A stretch of DNA of 32,000 nt from Acaryochloris marina MBIC11017 (GTDB lineage: Bacteria; Cyanobacteriota; Cyanobacteriia; Thermosynechococcales; Thermosynechococcaceae), in assembly GCF_000018105.1 (NCBI RefSeq), contig NC_009925.1:5190001-5222000 (forward strand). The letters run 5' to 3'. The notes beneath the pieces are model-generated. The model was given only the letters and a program-made list of their open reading frames with translations. It was not told the DNA's origin and did not search any database. Below, one piece after another: positions 8,579 to 16,848 of the stretch. Positions within the stretch are counted from its first letter, which is position 1. The number at the start of each line of letters is the position of its first letter. Position numbers and translations under genes: made by a program.

Positions 8579-9814
8579 TTACTTTACACCTATAATTTCT
8601 GACTGCTGATACCAAGCCAATAAAGCCGCCTGATAAACCTGTTGCCAAGATAAATGATGCGTTTGGGCAATCTGGGCACAGTCTTCATATTCGGGCTGGA
8701 CGTTTACCAACTGCTGATCATGATAGGCCAGCTTAATCTGTACTGGACCATAAGCCGTATCAATCGTTTTAATTTCTCGTTGTAGAGCGGTGCGTTGCTG
8801 TTGCGATCGCCGAATACCCAGCGTACTCGTCTCTTTAAATATCACCGTTTCACAAGCTGAGACGGTTTCAGGGCGGCAAATCACCGTCAATAGAATGCCA
8901 GGCCGGGACTTTTTCATGCCCACTGCCTGGGTAAACACATCTAACGCCCCAACTTGAAACAGGGCATCAAAAACATAGCCAAAGGCTTGGGGGTTGAGGT
9001 CATCGATTTGCGTCTCCAGCACAGTTACGGTTTCAGGGTGAGTCCCTGAAGCTGGAGATGCTGCCGATTCCCCCAGCCAAATACGGAGGATATTCGGTAA
9101 AGACAAGTCCAGGGTGCCTGCCCCCAAACCGATCTGGTGGAGAGACAGGGGGGGAGGAGGCCCAAATGATTGAGCCAGGGTGGTTGCGATCGCAGCCCCC
9201 GTTGGCGTCACCAATTCCTTGTGAATACCATTGTCATAAACCGGTACTTGTCGCGTTTGCCAAAGCTGTAAAACCGCTGGGACTGGAACCGATAATTTTC
9301 CATGAGCTGCTTTGACTGTCCCGCCTCCAGTGGGGAGGGCTGAACAAAACATCTCTTCAACCCCCAACCAATGCAGACCTAAACAAGTGCCAACAATATC
9401 GACGATGGCATCCGTTGCTCCTACTTCATGGAAATGTACTCGATTGGGTTCAATTCCATGCACCTTACCTTCGGCAAGGGCTAAATTTCGGAAAATATCT
9501 AAACTCCAGCGTTCAGCCTGGTGAGGTAATCCAGCGCTCAAAATCAGACGTTCAATTTCCGGCAAATGCCGGTGGTGGGAATGCTGATGTTTCCCTGGTG
9601 GCCCAGGCTCAGCTCCCAGCTCAACTCGAACATAGGTGGCTTGCTGGCTTTGACGGTGAACAGCGCTGACCTGTAATTCAAATTCTTGCTCAATGTCCAA
9701 ACGCCTGAAATAGTCTTGGAGTAAGGAAAGGGGTACCCCCAAATCTAAGAGCGCTCCCAAGCACATATCTCCGGCAATGCCTGTAGGGCACTCGAAATAA
9801 GCTAGTTTGGTCAT
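8579..9814 (-). CDS. larC: LarC-family nickel insertion protein (nickel-pincer cofactor biosynthesis; DUF111/UPF0272)
   Basis: N-terminus MTKLAYFECPTGIAGDMCLGALLDLGVP and HFHEVGATDAIVDIVG are hallmark LarC/DUF111 motifs. A His-rich stretch GKHQHSHHRH (nt 9566-9595) fits a nickel-binding region. I chose Met18 of the track ORF (ATG at 9814) because family members begin at this motif. The longer form would also overlap the divergent upstream ORF. Confidence 0.8.
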   Translation of the reverse strand: MTKLAYFECPTGIAGDMCLGALLDLGVPLSLLQDYFRRLDIEQEFELQVSAVHRQSQQATYVRVELGAEPGPPGKHQHSHHRHLPEIERLILSAGLPHQAERWSLDIFRNLALAEGKVHGIEPNRVHFHEVGATDAIVDIVGTCLGLHWLGVEEMFCSALPTGGGTVKAAHGKLSVPVPAVLQLWQTRQVPVYDNGIHKELVTPTGAAIATTLAQSFGPPPPLSLHQIGLGAGTLDLSLPNILRIWLGESAASPASGTHPETVTVLETQIDDLNPQAFGYVFDALFQVGALDVFTQAVGMKKSRPGILLTVICRPETVSACETVIFKETSTLGIRRSQQQRTALQREIKTIDTAYGPVQIKLAYHDQQLVNVQPEYEDCAQIAQTHHLSWQQVYQAALLAWYQQSEIIGVK

Positions 9815-9924
9815 AGAGGGCAGTCCCCGCGCGGGAGCATCGAATTTTAGTGTACCTGTCCTCATGGCTGGAAAGCCAACTGGTTTTGCTCATGGAACAA
9901 AGCCAGATGACAAAGGAGAAGATC

Positions 9925-10587
9925 ATGGCCCAAATTTATACAGTTCATCCTCAAGATCCCCAACAGCGAACGATTGACGCTATTCGGGCTGATCTACTGA
10001 ATGGAGCGGTCATGCTCTATCCTACAGACACGGTTTATGCCATTGGCTGTGATATCAACGCCAAGGCTGCGGTTCAACGGGTTCGGCAAATCAAGCAGAT
10101 GTCCAATGACAAACCGCTGACATTCTTATGTTCATCTCTCTCGAATATCGCTCAGTATGCGCGAGTGAGCGATTCAGCCTACAAAATCATGCGTAAGCTG
10201 ATTCCAGGTCCCTATACCTTTTTGTTGCCTGCCACCAAGCTCGTCCCTAAATTGGTCCAAAATCCCAAGCGAAAAACCACTGGCATTCGAGTGCCGGATC
10301 ATCCAGTCTGCCTGTCCCTATTGGACTCCCTAGCCACTCCGATTATCTCGACATCCGCGCATTTCTCGGATCAGGAAAGTGTTCACGGCTGGTCAAAAAA
10401 ACAAGAGCCTCTCACCCCAGTTGAACTCTTTGATCATTTTGATAAGCAAGTGGATCTAATTATCGAAAATGGCCAAGACCTAAGTACTAAAGTCTCAACG
10501 ATTTTAGATCTCTGCCAAGACCAGCCTGCAGTCGTTCGCGAGGGGCTGGGTTGGGATACCCTTTCATCCGAATTCGCCTGGGTTTAG
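9925..10587 (+). CDS. YrdC/TsaC-fold protein of the YciO-like subfamily (usually auto-annotated as L-threonylcarbamoyladenylate synthase)
   Basis: From Met26 of the track ORF, ATG 9925 is preceded by AAAGGAGAA at 9912-9920. Motifs HPQDPQQR, LYPTDTVYAIGCD, KRKTTGIRVP, KQVDLIIENG and PAVVREGLG closely parallel E. coli YciO as I remember it, and the YrdC fold in general. Confidence 0.75.
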   Translation: MAQIYTVHPQDPQQRTIDAIRADLLNGAVMLYPTDTVYAIGCDINAKAAVQRVRQIKQMSNDKPLTFLCSSLSNIAQYARVSDSAYKIMRKLIPGPYTFLLPATKLVPKLVQNPKRKTTGIRVPDHPVCLSLLDSLATPIISTSAHFSDQESVHGWSKKQEPLTPVELFDHFDKQVDLIIENGQDLSTKVSTILDLCQDQPAVVREGLGWDTLSSEFAWV

Positions 10588-11693
10588 TTTGGGTCCCGCA
10601 AACGGTAATAGTCTTCTAAGGTTTGTTCCACCGCATTCAAGATATCGTTTTGTTGCCACCCCTGGTAGAGATGAGCTGCGATCGCACATCCTCCTGCACC
10701 GACCCCTTCTTTCACAAACCCCTGCTCAAATATCTGTAACTGTGGATAGCGCGAGGTGGCGAAACTGAGCTGAGTCGCCACCAAGGGCACCTCACCCACC
10801 TGATTCGCGAGAGCAACCGTATCTCCAGAAGGATCCTCAACGACCCAGCGGGTGGTCCCTACCAGCAAGTTATCAGGGGTCCAAGGCAGTCGAAATATCT
10901 GTGAAATCTGTCTCGCCAAGGCATACACCGCCAGCATTTGTGTCCCCCCTGCCAACATCACCCCACAGGTTCGACTGGCCGTAATCATCATCCCTGCCAC
11001 CACAACTTGCATGGGATCGCCCACGGCCGCCACTAGCGCCAATGGATGGGCCAGCCAGTCCTGCTGCCCCGCTTGAGCTAAACCAGCCTCGACCAGCTGA
11101 TGCTTTTGCTGATGATTACAAACTGGATGACTGCTATTGACCTGGCCTGCTACCGAAAAGCCTAACCCTGTCAATATCCCCTGGGCTGTTGACGTCCCCC
11201 CCACTACACATTCAGCCAAGATGAGATATCCATCTGCCGCTTGCTTCGCCAGGGTTTCTCCCCACTCCAACCCTTGTTGGAATAACAGCTCAACGATGGG
11301 TAGGGGGAGAGCCATACCTGAACTAAGACAACGGGCCGCTTGTCCTCTCAAATCCACCGTGGGAACCGGGGGCGAATGCCTTAAACCTGCATTGAAGAGC
11401 TGGAAAGGAAAGTTTTGAGAGGTATAAATGGGCCATGAAATCATGGCTGGAGACACGCCTTGAGCAAGATCAGGTAAAGGATAGGTGGGCTGAGATTGAG
11501 GGCCGTTGAACAAGAACTCTGCATCAGCGAGGGCCGTCAAACTTCGATCTGCTGGTGTCGCCCCCGCCGTCGAAACATTAGGAATCAATCCTGTCTCCGT
11601 AAATCCCAAGACACAGGCAAAAATCGGTGAACGTCCTTCGTATTGCTTCAGCCACTGATTCCCCCGTTCTAGCTGGGTATACACCCGCAGCAT
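10584..11693 (-). CDS. UPF0284 / TIGR00303-type protein, homologous to CobT (nicotinate-nucleotide--dimethylbenzimidazole phosphoribosyltransferase family)
   Basis: 369-aa ORF. Motifs FACVLGFTETGLIPNVSTAGATP, LAECVVGGTSTAQG and MLAGGTQM are typical of the CobT-like UPF0284 family found in cyanobacteria and archaea. It lies 3 nt downstream of the preceding membrane-protein gene, which suggests an operon. Confidence 0.7.
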   Translation of the reverse strand: MLRVYTQLERGNQWLKQYEGRSPIFACVLGFTETGLIPNVSTAGATPADRSLTALADAEFLFNGPQSQPTYPLPDLAQGVSPAMISWPIYTSQNFPFQLFNAGLRHSPPVPTVDLRGQAARCLSSGMALPLPIVELLFQQGLEWGETLAKQAADGYLILAECVVGGTSTAQGILTGLGFSVAGQVNSSHPVCNHQQKHQLVEAGLAQAGQQDWLAHPLALVAAVGDPMQVVVAGMMITASRTCGVMLAGGTQMLAVYALARQISQIFRLPWTPDNLLVGTTRWVVEDPSGDTVALANQVGEVPLVATQLSFATSRYPQLQIFEQGFVKEGVGAGGCAIAAHLYQGWQQNDILNAVEQTLEDYYRLRDPN

Positions 11694-11696
11694 AGG

Positions 11697-12344
11697 TTAT
11701 TCGTCCTGGTATTCAAGAAAGGTTTGCAGCCATAGGGGCGGATCAGGGATAGATACACCGATGCGATCAAAAACGAGCCAAGCCACTAAGTGAACCAACA
11801 GGATATATAAAAAAGCATTCAACAAAATCAAACCAACCGCAAAGAGCTGGATGACAATCACATCGGGCTGCAGAAGCAGACCTAACTTAATCACCACCCA
11901 ATCTAAAAAGCCTGTAATTTGACGGTTAATATAAATCCAAAGATTCGTCCCGACCAATAGGGATAGTAGGTTGAGCTGGAAGAAAAATCCAATAGCCATC
12001 ACCAGGATGCTCCAGCCCATCGAAATGGCCCAGCTGACCTGCCGTTTCCACAACCCTCCTAATATGACCCCCACCACACCATAAGGCATTAAAAACTGAA
12101 TACTCCGAGGAGGCCCCATCAAAACGGTAATGAGAAGGGTCGTCACCCAAGCGCTCATCCATGCGGAACGATTGCCCCACCGCGAATAGATCAAAGCGGT
12201 GGGAATAGGGAAAAAAATCCGTAACAACGGTCCCAGGGGGAAATAGGTATTGATATACCAAATTAATGCTGTCGCACTAGCCAAAAAAGCCGTCTCTACC
12301 ATAGGTAGTGGCTTATCGACTGGATTGGGAGGGACCTTGGACAT
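11697..12344 (-). CDS. Polytopic membrane protein (DUF2232-like)
   Basis: 215-aa ORF with about 6 hydrophobic helices, for example FLASATALIWYINTYFPLGPLL, WVTTLLITVLMG, YGVVGVILGGLW and LFAVGLILLNAFLYILLVHLVAWLVF. The family name comes from memory of similar cyanobacterial proteins and is not verified. Confidence 0.6.
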   Translation of the reverse strand: MSKVPPNPVDKPLPMVETAFLASATALIWYINTYFPLGPLLRIFFPIPTALIYSRWGNRSAWMSAWVTTLLITVLMGPPRSIQFLMPYGVVGVILGGLWKRQVSWAISMGWSILVMAIGFFFQLNLLSLLVGTNLWIYINRQITGFLDWVVIKLGLLLQPDVIVIQLFAVGLILLNAFLYILLVHLVAWLVFDRIGVSIPDPPLWLQTFLEYQDE

Positions 12345-12508
12345 TACCGGCGTAAACTGAGAACGTTATTCTTCCGACGCTGAAGACTGAAATTAATCTG
12401 GCTAATTCGCTGGTGGATCAAACCCCCAAGAGTATGCTCACCCATACGCAAGCATCAACGTTTCGATCCGACTGGAATAGGCCAGTCTACAGATGGATAA
12501 CCCAACAG

Positions 12509-13210
12509 CTATAGAATCAAATCTTCTAGGGCATCAGTATCAATGATGCACAGCACATCCTGATTGCGTTGAATAAGGCCTTTGTTTTCCAGCTTACCTA
12601 ATTGGCGAGTCACCGTCTCTCGGGCCATGCCGCTAAGGCTGCTTAACTCTCGATGAGGTAAATTGGGAATCTCTATGCCCCCTTTCCCTTCTATTCCTTG
12701 ACCTTCTGCTAAGAACAGAAGGATATCGGCCACGCGGGATTGAGCATCTGCCTCTCTCAATCGTAACCGCCGATTAAGCTGCCGCAAACGACGAGCCATT
12801 AGCTTGGCCAGACGGATGCCAGCTTGAGGCTGCGTCTGCATTAAGTTCACAAAATCCGTAGAAGGCATATTCGCTACAGTTGTGGGGGTAAGGGTAATCA
12901 CATCTGTAGAACGGGGAACCTCATCTAAGGGAGCCATTTCGCCAAAAATCTCACCCTTGCCGACAATATTTAAGGTGACTTCTTTGCCATCGATGTTATA
13001 GGTCCGGATTTTGACCCATCCATTCAAAATGAAGTAAACGGAACTTCCCCAATCATTTTCTAGAAGAATCACCCTATTTGCAGGATGTTCGCGGGTCACA
13101 ACTTGAGCAACCGCTTGATCAACTACTGGATCAGGTAGACCAGCAAAAAAGGGCGTTGAACGAAGCTGAGTTTCTAGTTTGTCGTCACGGGAACTGTGCC
13201 GATCATCCAT
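12509..13210 (-). CDS. Crp/Fnr-family transcriptional regulator (cNMP-binding domain + C-terminal HTH)
   Basis: A beta-roll region (VYFILNGWVKIRTYNIDGKEVTLNIVGKGEIFGEMAPL) is followed by the HTH HRELSSLSGMARETVTRQLGKLENKGLI. The start is set at Met18 (ATG 13210, MDDRHSS...). It is not NtcA by sequence. Confidence 0.8.
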   Translation of the reverse strand: MDDRHSSRDDKLETQLRSTPFFAGLPDPVVDQAVAQVVTREHPANRVILLENDWGSSVYFILNGWVKIRTYNIDGKEVTLNIVGKGEIFGEMAPLDEVPRSTDVITLTPTTVANMPSTDFVNLMQTQPQAGIRLAKLMARRLRQLNRRLRLREADAQSRVADILLFLAEGQGIEGKGGIEIPNLPHRELSSLSGMARETVTRQLGKLENKGLIQRNQDVLCIIDTDALEDLIL

Positions 13211-13848
13211 AGACGTTTTAGGGGGGAGAAATGAGACGGTATCAAAAGGAGTGAAGCACAATTACTGGCTTGAAGCAACCATAACAAACAAACTTCCCTC
13301 CTTGAGGAAATCTTGAAGGAAAGTTGCAGACCCTAACATTGTGTGTTACATTTCTTAATATTGAAGGTTTTATTGATTGATGAGCTATCTTCTCCCTCTA
13401 CATATCAGGCCTTCCTCTTCCCAACACAGCTTATTGAACCAGTCGATTTCTTCCGGCTGGTTCTTCCCAGTTCATGAATATTCCCTAAGCAGATAACAGT
13501 TGTTTAGATTTCATTACTTTGCGGTCGTAGACCGTGATACCTTAAAAACTGGTGCGCTTTGTAAAAGAGACTTTTTTCAAAAGCTTTTTACATAAGGCTG
13601 TGACTAGATTCAACCCCTGTGAAATCTACTTTCCTGAATATTCACCTAGATTTTTCGCGGCAAGTGGGCTGCAAGATTCAGAACGGTTCTCATATTTACT
13701 AGGCTTATCAATAGAGAATTCAGTGGTAATCATACGGCAGAGTAGCGTGGCGGTGGGCACTTGGCTTATGCCAAGTCACCCTCCTGTTCAAATCTAGTGT
13801 CCTTTTATTTTTTTTAGCTCATATATCAATCTTCTGGAGGTATTCTCA

Positions 13849-14262
13849 ATGTCCATCCGCCTATACGTCGGTAATTTACCCAAAGAGTTGGACCGGGACG
13901 AACTAGCTGCGTTATTCACTGCAGAGGTGGGTGAACTCACGTCCACGAAAGTGGTTACCGATCGAAAGACCGGTAAATGTCGCGGGTTTGGTTTTGTCAC
14001 TGTGGAAACAGATGAGCAAGCAGACCAAGTGATTGCTAAATTAAATGGGCATATGTTCAAAGACAATGCCTTGAAAATTGAGAAAGCCTTACCGAAGAGC
14101 AAGGAAGCAAATAGCCAAGGGGCAGGCAATAACGCCCCCCGTCGTGGCAACAAGAACAAATCTCGCTCTTACACTCAAGCAGAAGCAGCTCAACCTGATC
14201 CAAGATGGGCTGACGAGTTAGAAAAGCTCAAGGAAATGTTGTTTGCTCAAACTCAGTCTTAA
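13849..14262 (+). CDS. RRM-type RNA-binding protein, non-glycine-rich class (Rbp3-like, C-terminal PDPRWA motif)
   Basis: RNP2 is LYVGNL and RNP1 is RGFGFVTV. The C-terminal tail carries PDPRWADELEKLKEML rather than a Gly-rich tail. A GGAGG Shine-Dalgarno sits at 13836-13840, 8 nt before the ATG. Confidence 0.85.
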   Translation: MSIRLYVGNLPKELDRDELAALFTAEVGELTSTKVVTDRKTGKCRGFGFVTVETDEQADQVIAKLNGHMFKDNALKIEKALPKSKEANSQGAGNNAPRRGNKNKSRSYTQAEAAQPDPRWADELEKLKEMLFAQTQS

Positions 14263-14600
14263 GTCGTCTTCATATCTTCAGACTTTTGATATAAAGACCC
14301 TTGATACAGCGTTTGCTCTTGATGAGTCTCTAACACGCAATCTGAACGGGGATAGGCCACGCAGGTAACGGTATAGCCTTGGCCCATCTCCGTTGCGTTT
14401 AAAAATTTCTGTTCTGCCTGATCGACAGTTCCACTCACGAGTCGGGCAACACACGTTGAACAATCCCCCTGTCTGCAGGCAGCAGGGAGAGGTAAGTCAT
14501 TCTCTTCGGCAATATCGAGAATGTATTCATCCTCTGGAATGGTGATCGTTTGATCCAGTCCTAAGTCAGGGTTGATAAATCGGACTTGGTAGGTTGTCAT
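14259..14600 (-). CDS. Plant-type [2Fe-2S] ferredoxin with C-terminal extension (Fed2/FdC2-like)
   Basis: Starts MTTYQVRFI... The cluster ligands are C-x4-C-x2-C (ACRQGDCSTC) plus a distal Cys (VTCVAYP). About 20 extra C-terminal residues follow the conserved ...ETHQE core. The ATG at 14600 lies 2 nt after the trpE stop (14603-14605). Confidence 0.8.
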   Translation of the reverse strand: MTTYQVRFINPDLGLDQTITIPEDEYILDIAEENDLPLPAACRQGDCSTCVARLVSGTVDQAEQKFLNATEMGQGYTVTCVAYPRSDCVLETHQEQTLYQGSLYQKSEDMKTT

Positions 14601-14602
14601 GA

Positions 14603-16147
14603 TCAGGTGGACGCACCCTGTACGCAATGAATGGCTTGTAACAGTCCCCTAGCCTTATTGAGGGTTTCTTCATATTCTCGAATAGGTTCAGAATCCGCTA
14701 CAATTCCTGCCCCTGCCTGCACTGTTACTAGATGTTGACCCTTGGTTTGTTGTTGGACAACCATGGTGCGGATCGAAATGGCTGTATTCAGCTGTCCCTC
14801 AAAATCGTAGTAGCCATACACCCCTGAATAAGGACCCCGCCGACATCCTTCTAGCTCATGGATAATTTCCATGGCCCGGATCTTGGGTGCACCACTGACA
14901 GTACCGGCCGGAAAACAGGCCTTGAGCAAATCCCAGGCGGTTTTGTCATCCGCAAGTTCTCCCACAACATTGCTCACGATGTGCATGACATGGGAGTAGC
15001 GTTCAATCACCATGAGATCTGCTGACTTCACTTGAACCGACCCTTTGCTACAGACTCGCCCCAAGTCGTTCCGTCCTAAATCTACGAGCATGACATGCTC
15101 TGCGATTTCTTTTGGATCCTGGAGAAGTTCTGTCGCTAAAGCCATATCTTCTTGGGAGGTTCGACCGCGGGGACGAGTCCCAGCGATGGGTCGCACGGTT
15201 ACAGCCAATCCTCCCTTCTCCTGGGTGCTATGTTCCGCTTTCACCATCACTTCAGGACTGGAACCAATAATTTGCCAATCTTTAAAGTGCAGGTAGGACA
15301 TATAGGGCGATGGATTGATCAAACGTAAGGATCGGTAAAGCTCAAACGGGTCGCCCTGATAGGCTGTAGATAACCGCTGGGATAAGACCACCTGGAAAAT
15401 ATCGCCAGCCTTGATATAGTCTTTAGCCTGCTGAACATTGTGACAGAATCCAGCTTGGGTCGTATTGCTTGTAAAGTCCGCCGTAACGGACTGAGTGGGC
15501 GTCATCCCCGTCAGCTCCAAGCTTTGCCGATCGAGGGGCTGTTGTAGCTTTTGGACCAGATACTCAACGCGATCGCAAGCTTGCTGATAAGCAGTCTTTA
15601 AATCAGGCGTTTGTTGCAAGTCCGCATAGGCAATAACCCAAATTTTGCGCTGGACCTGATCGAAAACCATTAAATTATCCACCTGCATCCACAGCCCATC
15701 CGGTAAGTCTGAGCTAGCTGCAGGATAGATCGGTACCCGGGGTTCAATCCAATTAATGAGTTCGTATCCCCAGAAGCCAACCAGACCGCCAATTCCAGCA
15801 GGAAGCTGAGGAAGGGTTACGGGGTGATAGGGCGCTAAACAATCTTGGAGAATTTGAAACGGGTTACCGGGAAAAGGCACTACCGATCCATTCCGATGGG
15901 TCTGGGTCGTTTGCTGACCGCGAGTTTCCAAAATCCAGACTGGATCACATCCCAAAAGGCTATATCGAGCCAGATGTTCTCCCCCCTCAACGGATTCCAA
16001 TAAGAAACTGTAGGGTTGATCGGCACAGACCCGATACCAAGCTGAGACTGGCGTATCTAAATCCGCAATCCATTCTCGATAAACAGGAATAAAATTGCCC
16101 GATCGGGCCAATGCTTCAAATTGACTAAAGTCAGGCAAAACTGTCAC
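14603..16147 (-). CDS. trpE: Anthranilate synthase component I
   Basis: 514-aa ORF with canonical TrpE/chorismate-binding features: LLESVEGG near the N-terminus, GTRPRG, EHVMLVDLGRNDLGRV, FPAGTVSGAPKIRAMEII and GAGIVADSEPIREYEETLNKA. Confidence 0.95.
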   Translation of the reverse strand: MTVLPDFSQFEALARSGNFIPVYREWIADLDTPVSAWYRVCADQPYSFLLESVEGGEHLARYSLLGCDPVWILETRGQQTTQTHRNGSVVPFPGNPFQILQDCLAPYHPVTLPQLPAGIGGLVGFWGYELINWIEPRVPIYPAASSDLPDGLWMQVDNLMVFDQVQRKIWVIAYADLQQTPDLKTAYQQACDRVEYLVQKLQQPLDRQSLELTGMTPTQSVTADFTSNTTQAGFCHNVQQAKDYIKAGDIFQVVLSQRLSTAYQGDPFELYRSLRLINPSPYMSYLHFKDWQIIGSSPEVMVKAEHSTQEKGGLAVTVRPIAGTRPRGRTSQEDMALATELLQDPKEIAEHVMLVDLGRNDLGRVCSKGSVQVKSADLMVIERYSHVMHIVSNVVGELADDKTAWDLLKACFPAGTVSGAPKIRAMEIIHELEGCRRGPYSGVYGYYDFEGQLNTAISIRTMVVQQQTKGQHLVTVQAGAGIVADSEPIREYEETLNKARGLLQAIHCVQGAST

Positions 16148-16206
16148 TGCAACAACCTATTGATTGAGAGAAATGGCCAAAAACACGTTAATGGCTAGAC
16201 AATATC

Positions 16207-16240
16207 AAAAAAAAGTTGAACCCCACCAATGGAGGGGTTC
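16207..16240 (-). terminator. Rho-independent terminator downstream of psaD
   Basis: The minus-strand RNA reads GAACCCC-TCCATTGGT-GGGGTTC-AAC-UUUUUUUU. This is a 7-bp GC-rich stem followed by a run of 8 U, about 70 nt after the psaD stop and upstream of the trpE start. Confidence 0.7.
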
Positions 16241-16309
16241 ATAAAGTAGAAGAAAAAATGCGCAACACAATCAACCGAAGTTGAAAGGGTTGTTTTGGAG
16301 GTAATCGGC

Positions 16310-16729
16310 CTAATCGTAGGCTTTCTTGCCTGTGTATTTGATGGCACCAGGATTCGGGTTTTCACCAATGGAGCGAGCGACGCTATTGACTGCCGCACGG
16401 CCTTCATTGGATTTTTCAGGAAAGACCCCATCTTTTGGATGAAGGAGAGTATTCGATCCATCCGGTAACACCCGGTAGATCTTATAATCCATGATCTTCT
16501 TAGTGCGCAGTTGTCGGAGACCCAGAGCAAGGCATTGTTCTTTGCGAGCAAGATACAAGAGATTTTCTCCCTCGTTCATCACCGCTGCGCCACCAGTAGG
16601 CATTTCGAAGACCTGTTGCTTCGGACTTGTCCAGGTGATGGCATATTTTTCTTCTGTTTCAGCGCTCGAGAGCAATCCGCCAGTGCTGCCGCCGAACAAT
16701 GGAGTTTGTCCAGTCAGTGTTTCTGCCAT
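16310..16729 (-). CDS. psaD: Photosystem I reaction centre subunit II (PsaD)
   Basis: [20 protein letters not shown]...[44 protein letters not shown]...[10 protein letters not shown]...[10 protein letters not shown] is an unmistakable PsaD sequence. The start is set at Met30 of the track ORF (ATG 16729), giving the usual ~140 aa. Confidence 0.95.
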   Translation of the reverse strand: MAETLTGQTPLFGGSTGGLLSSAETEEKYAITWTSPKQQVFEMPTGGAAVMNEGENLLYLARKEQCLALGLRQLRTKKIMDYKIYRVLPDGSNTLLHPKDGVFPEKSNEGRAAVNSVARSIGENPNPGAIKYTGKKAYD

Positions 16730-16848
16730 TAACTTTTCTCCCAATACGGTACTGATTGAGGTACCTAAATCTCTTCTAGAGGGCATCCTATCATCGCGTC
16801 CGTCCCCTTTAATCAAGTTCAGCTGGATCTGTTACAGTTCTTCAGGGA

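Noticed and set aside
9815-9924. Longer N-terminal extensions of larC (to 9865) and of the YciO-like gene (from 9850).
   Set aside because: The extended versions would overlap each other head-to-head, and the added residues match neither family. The internal ATGs coincide with the conserved family N-termini, and the one at 9925 has a good Shine-Dalgarno.
12459-12470. A GTTTCGATCC string resembling a tRNA T-loop, in the spacer between the membrane-protein gene and the Crp-family gene.
   Set aside because: The flanking bases do not form a T-stem, an acceptor stem or an anticodon arm, so no cloverleaf can be drawn.
13552-14159. ORFs 13552-13797 (+, 81 aa) and 13794-14159 (-, 121 aa) around the rbp gene.
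   Set aside because: The minus-strand ORF is antisense to the clearly genuine RRM gene. The plus-strand ORF has no start context and no protein-like features, and it lies in what looks like a leader region.
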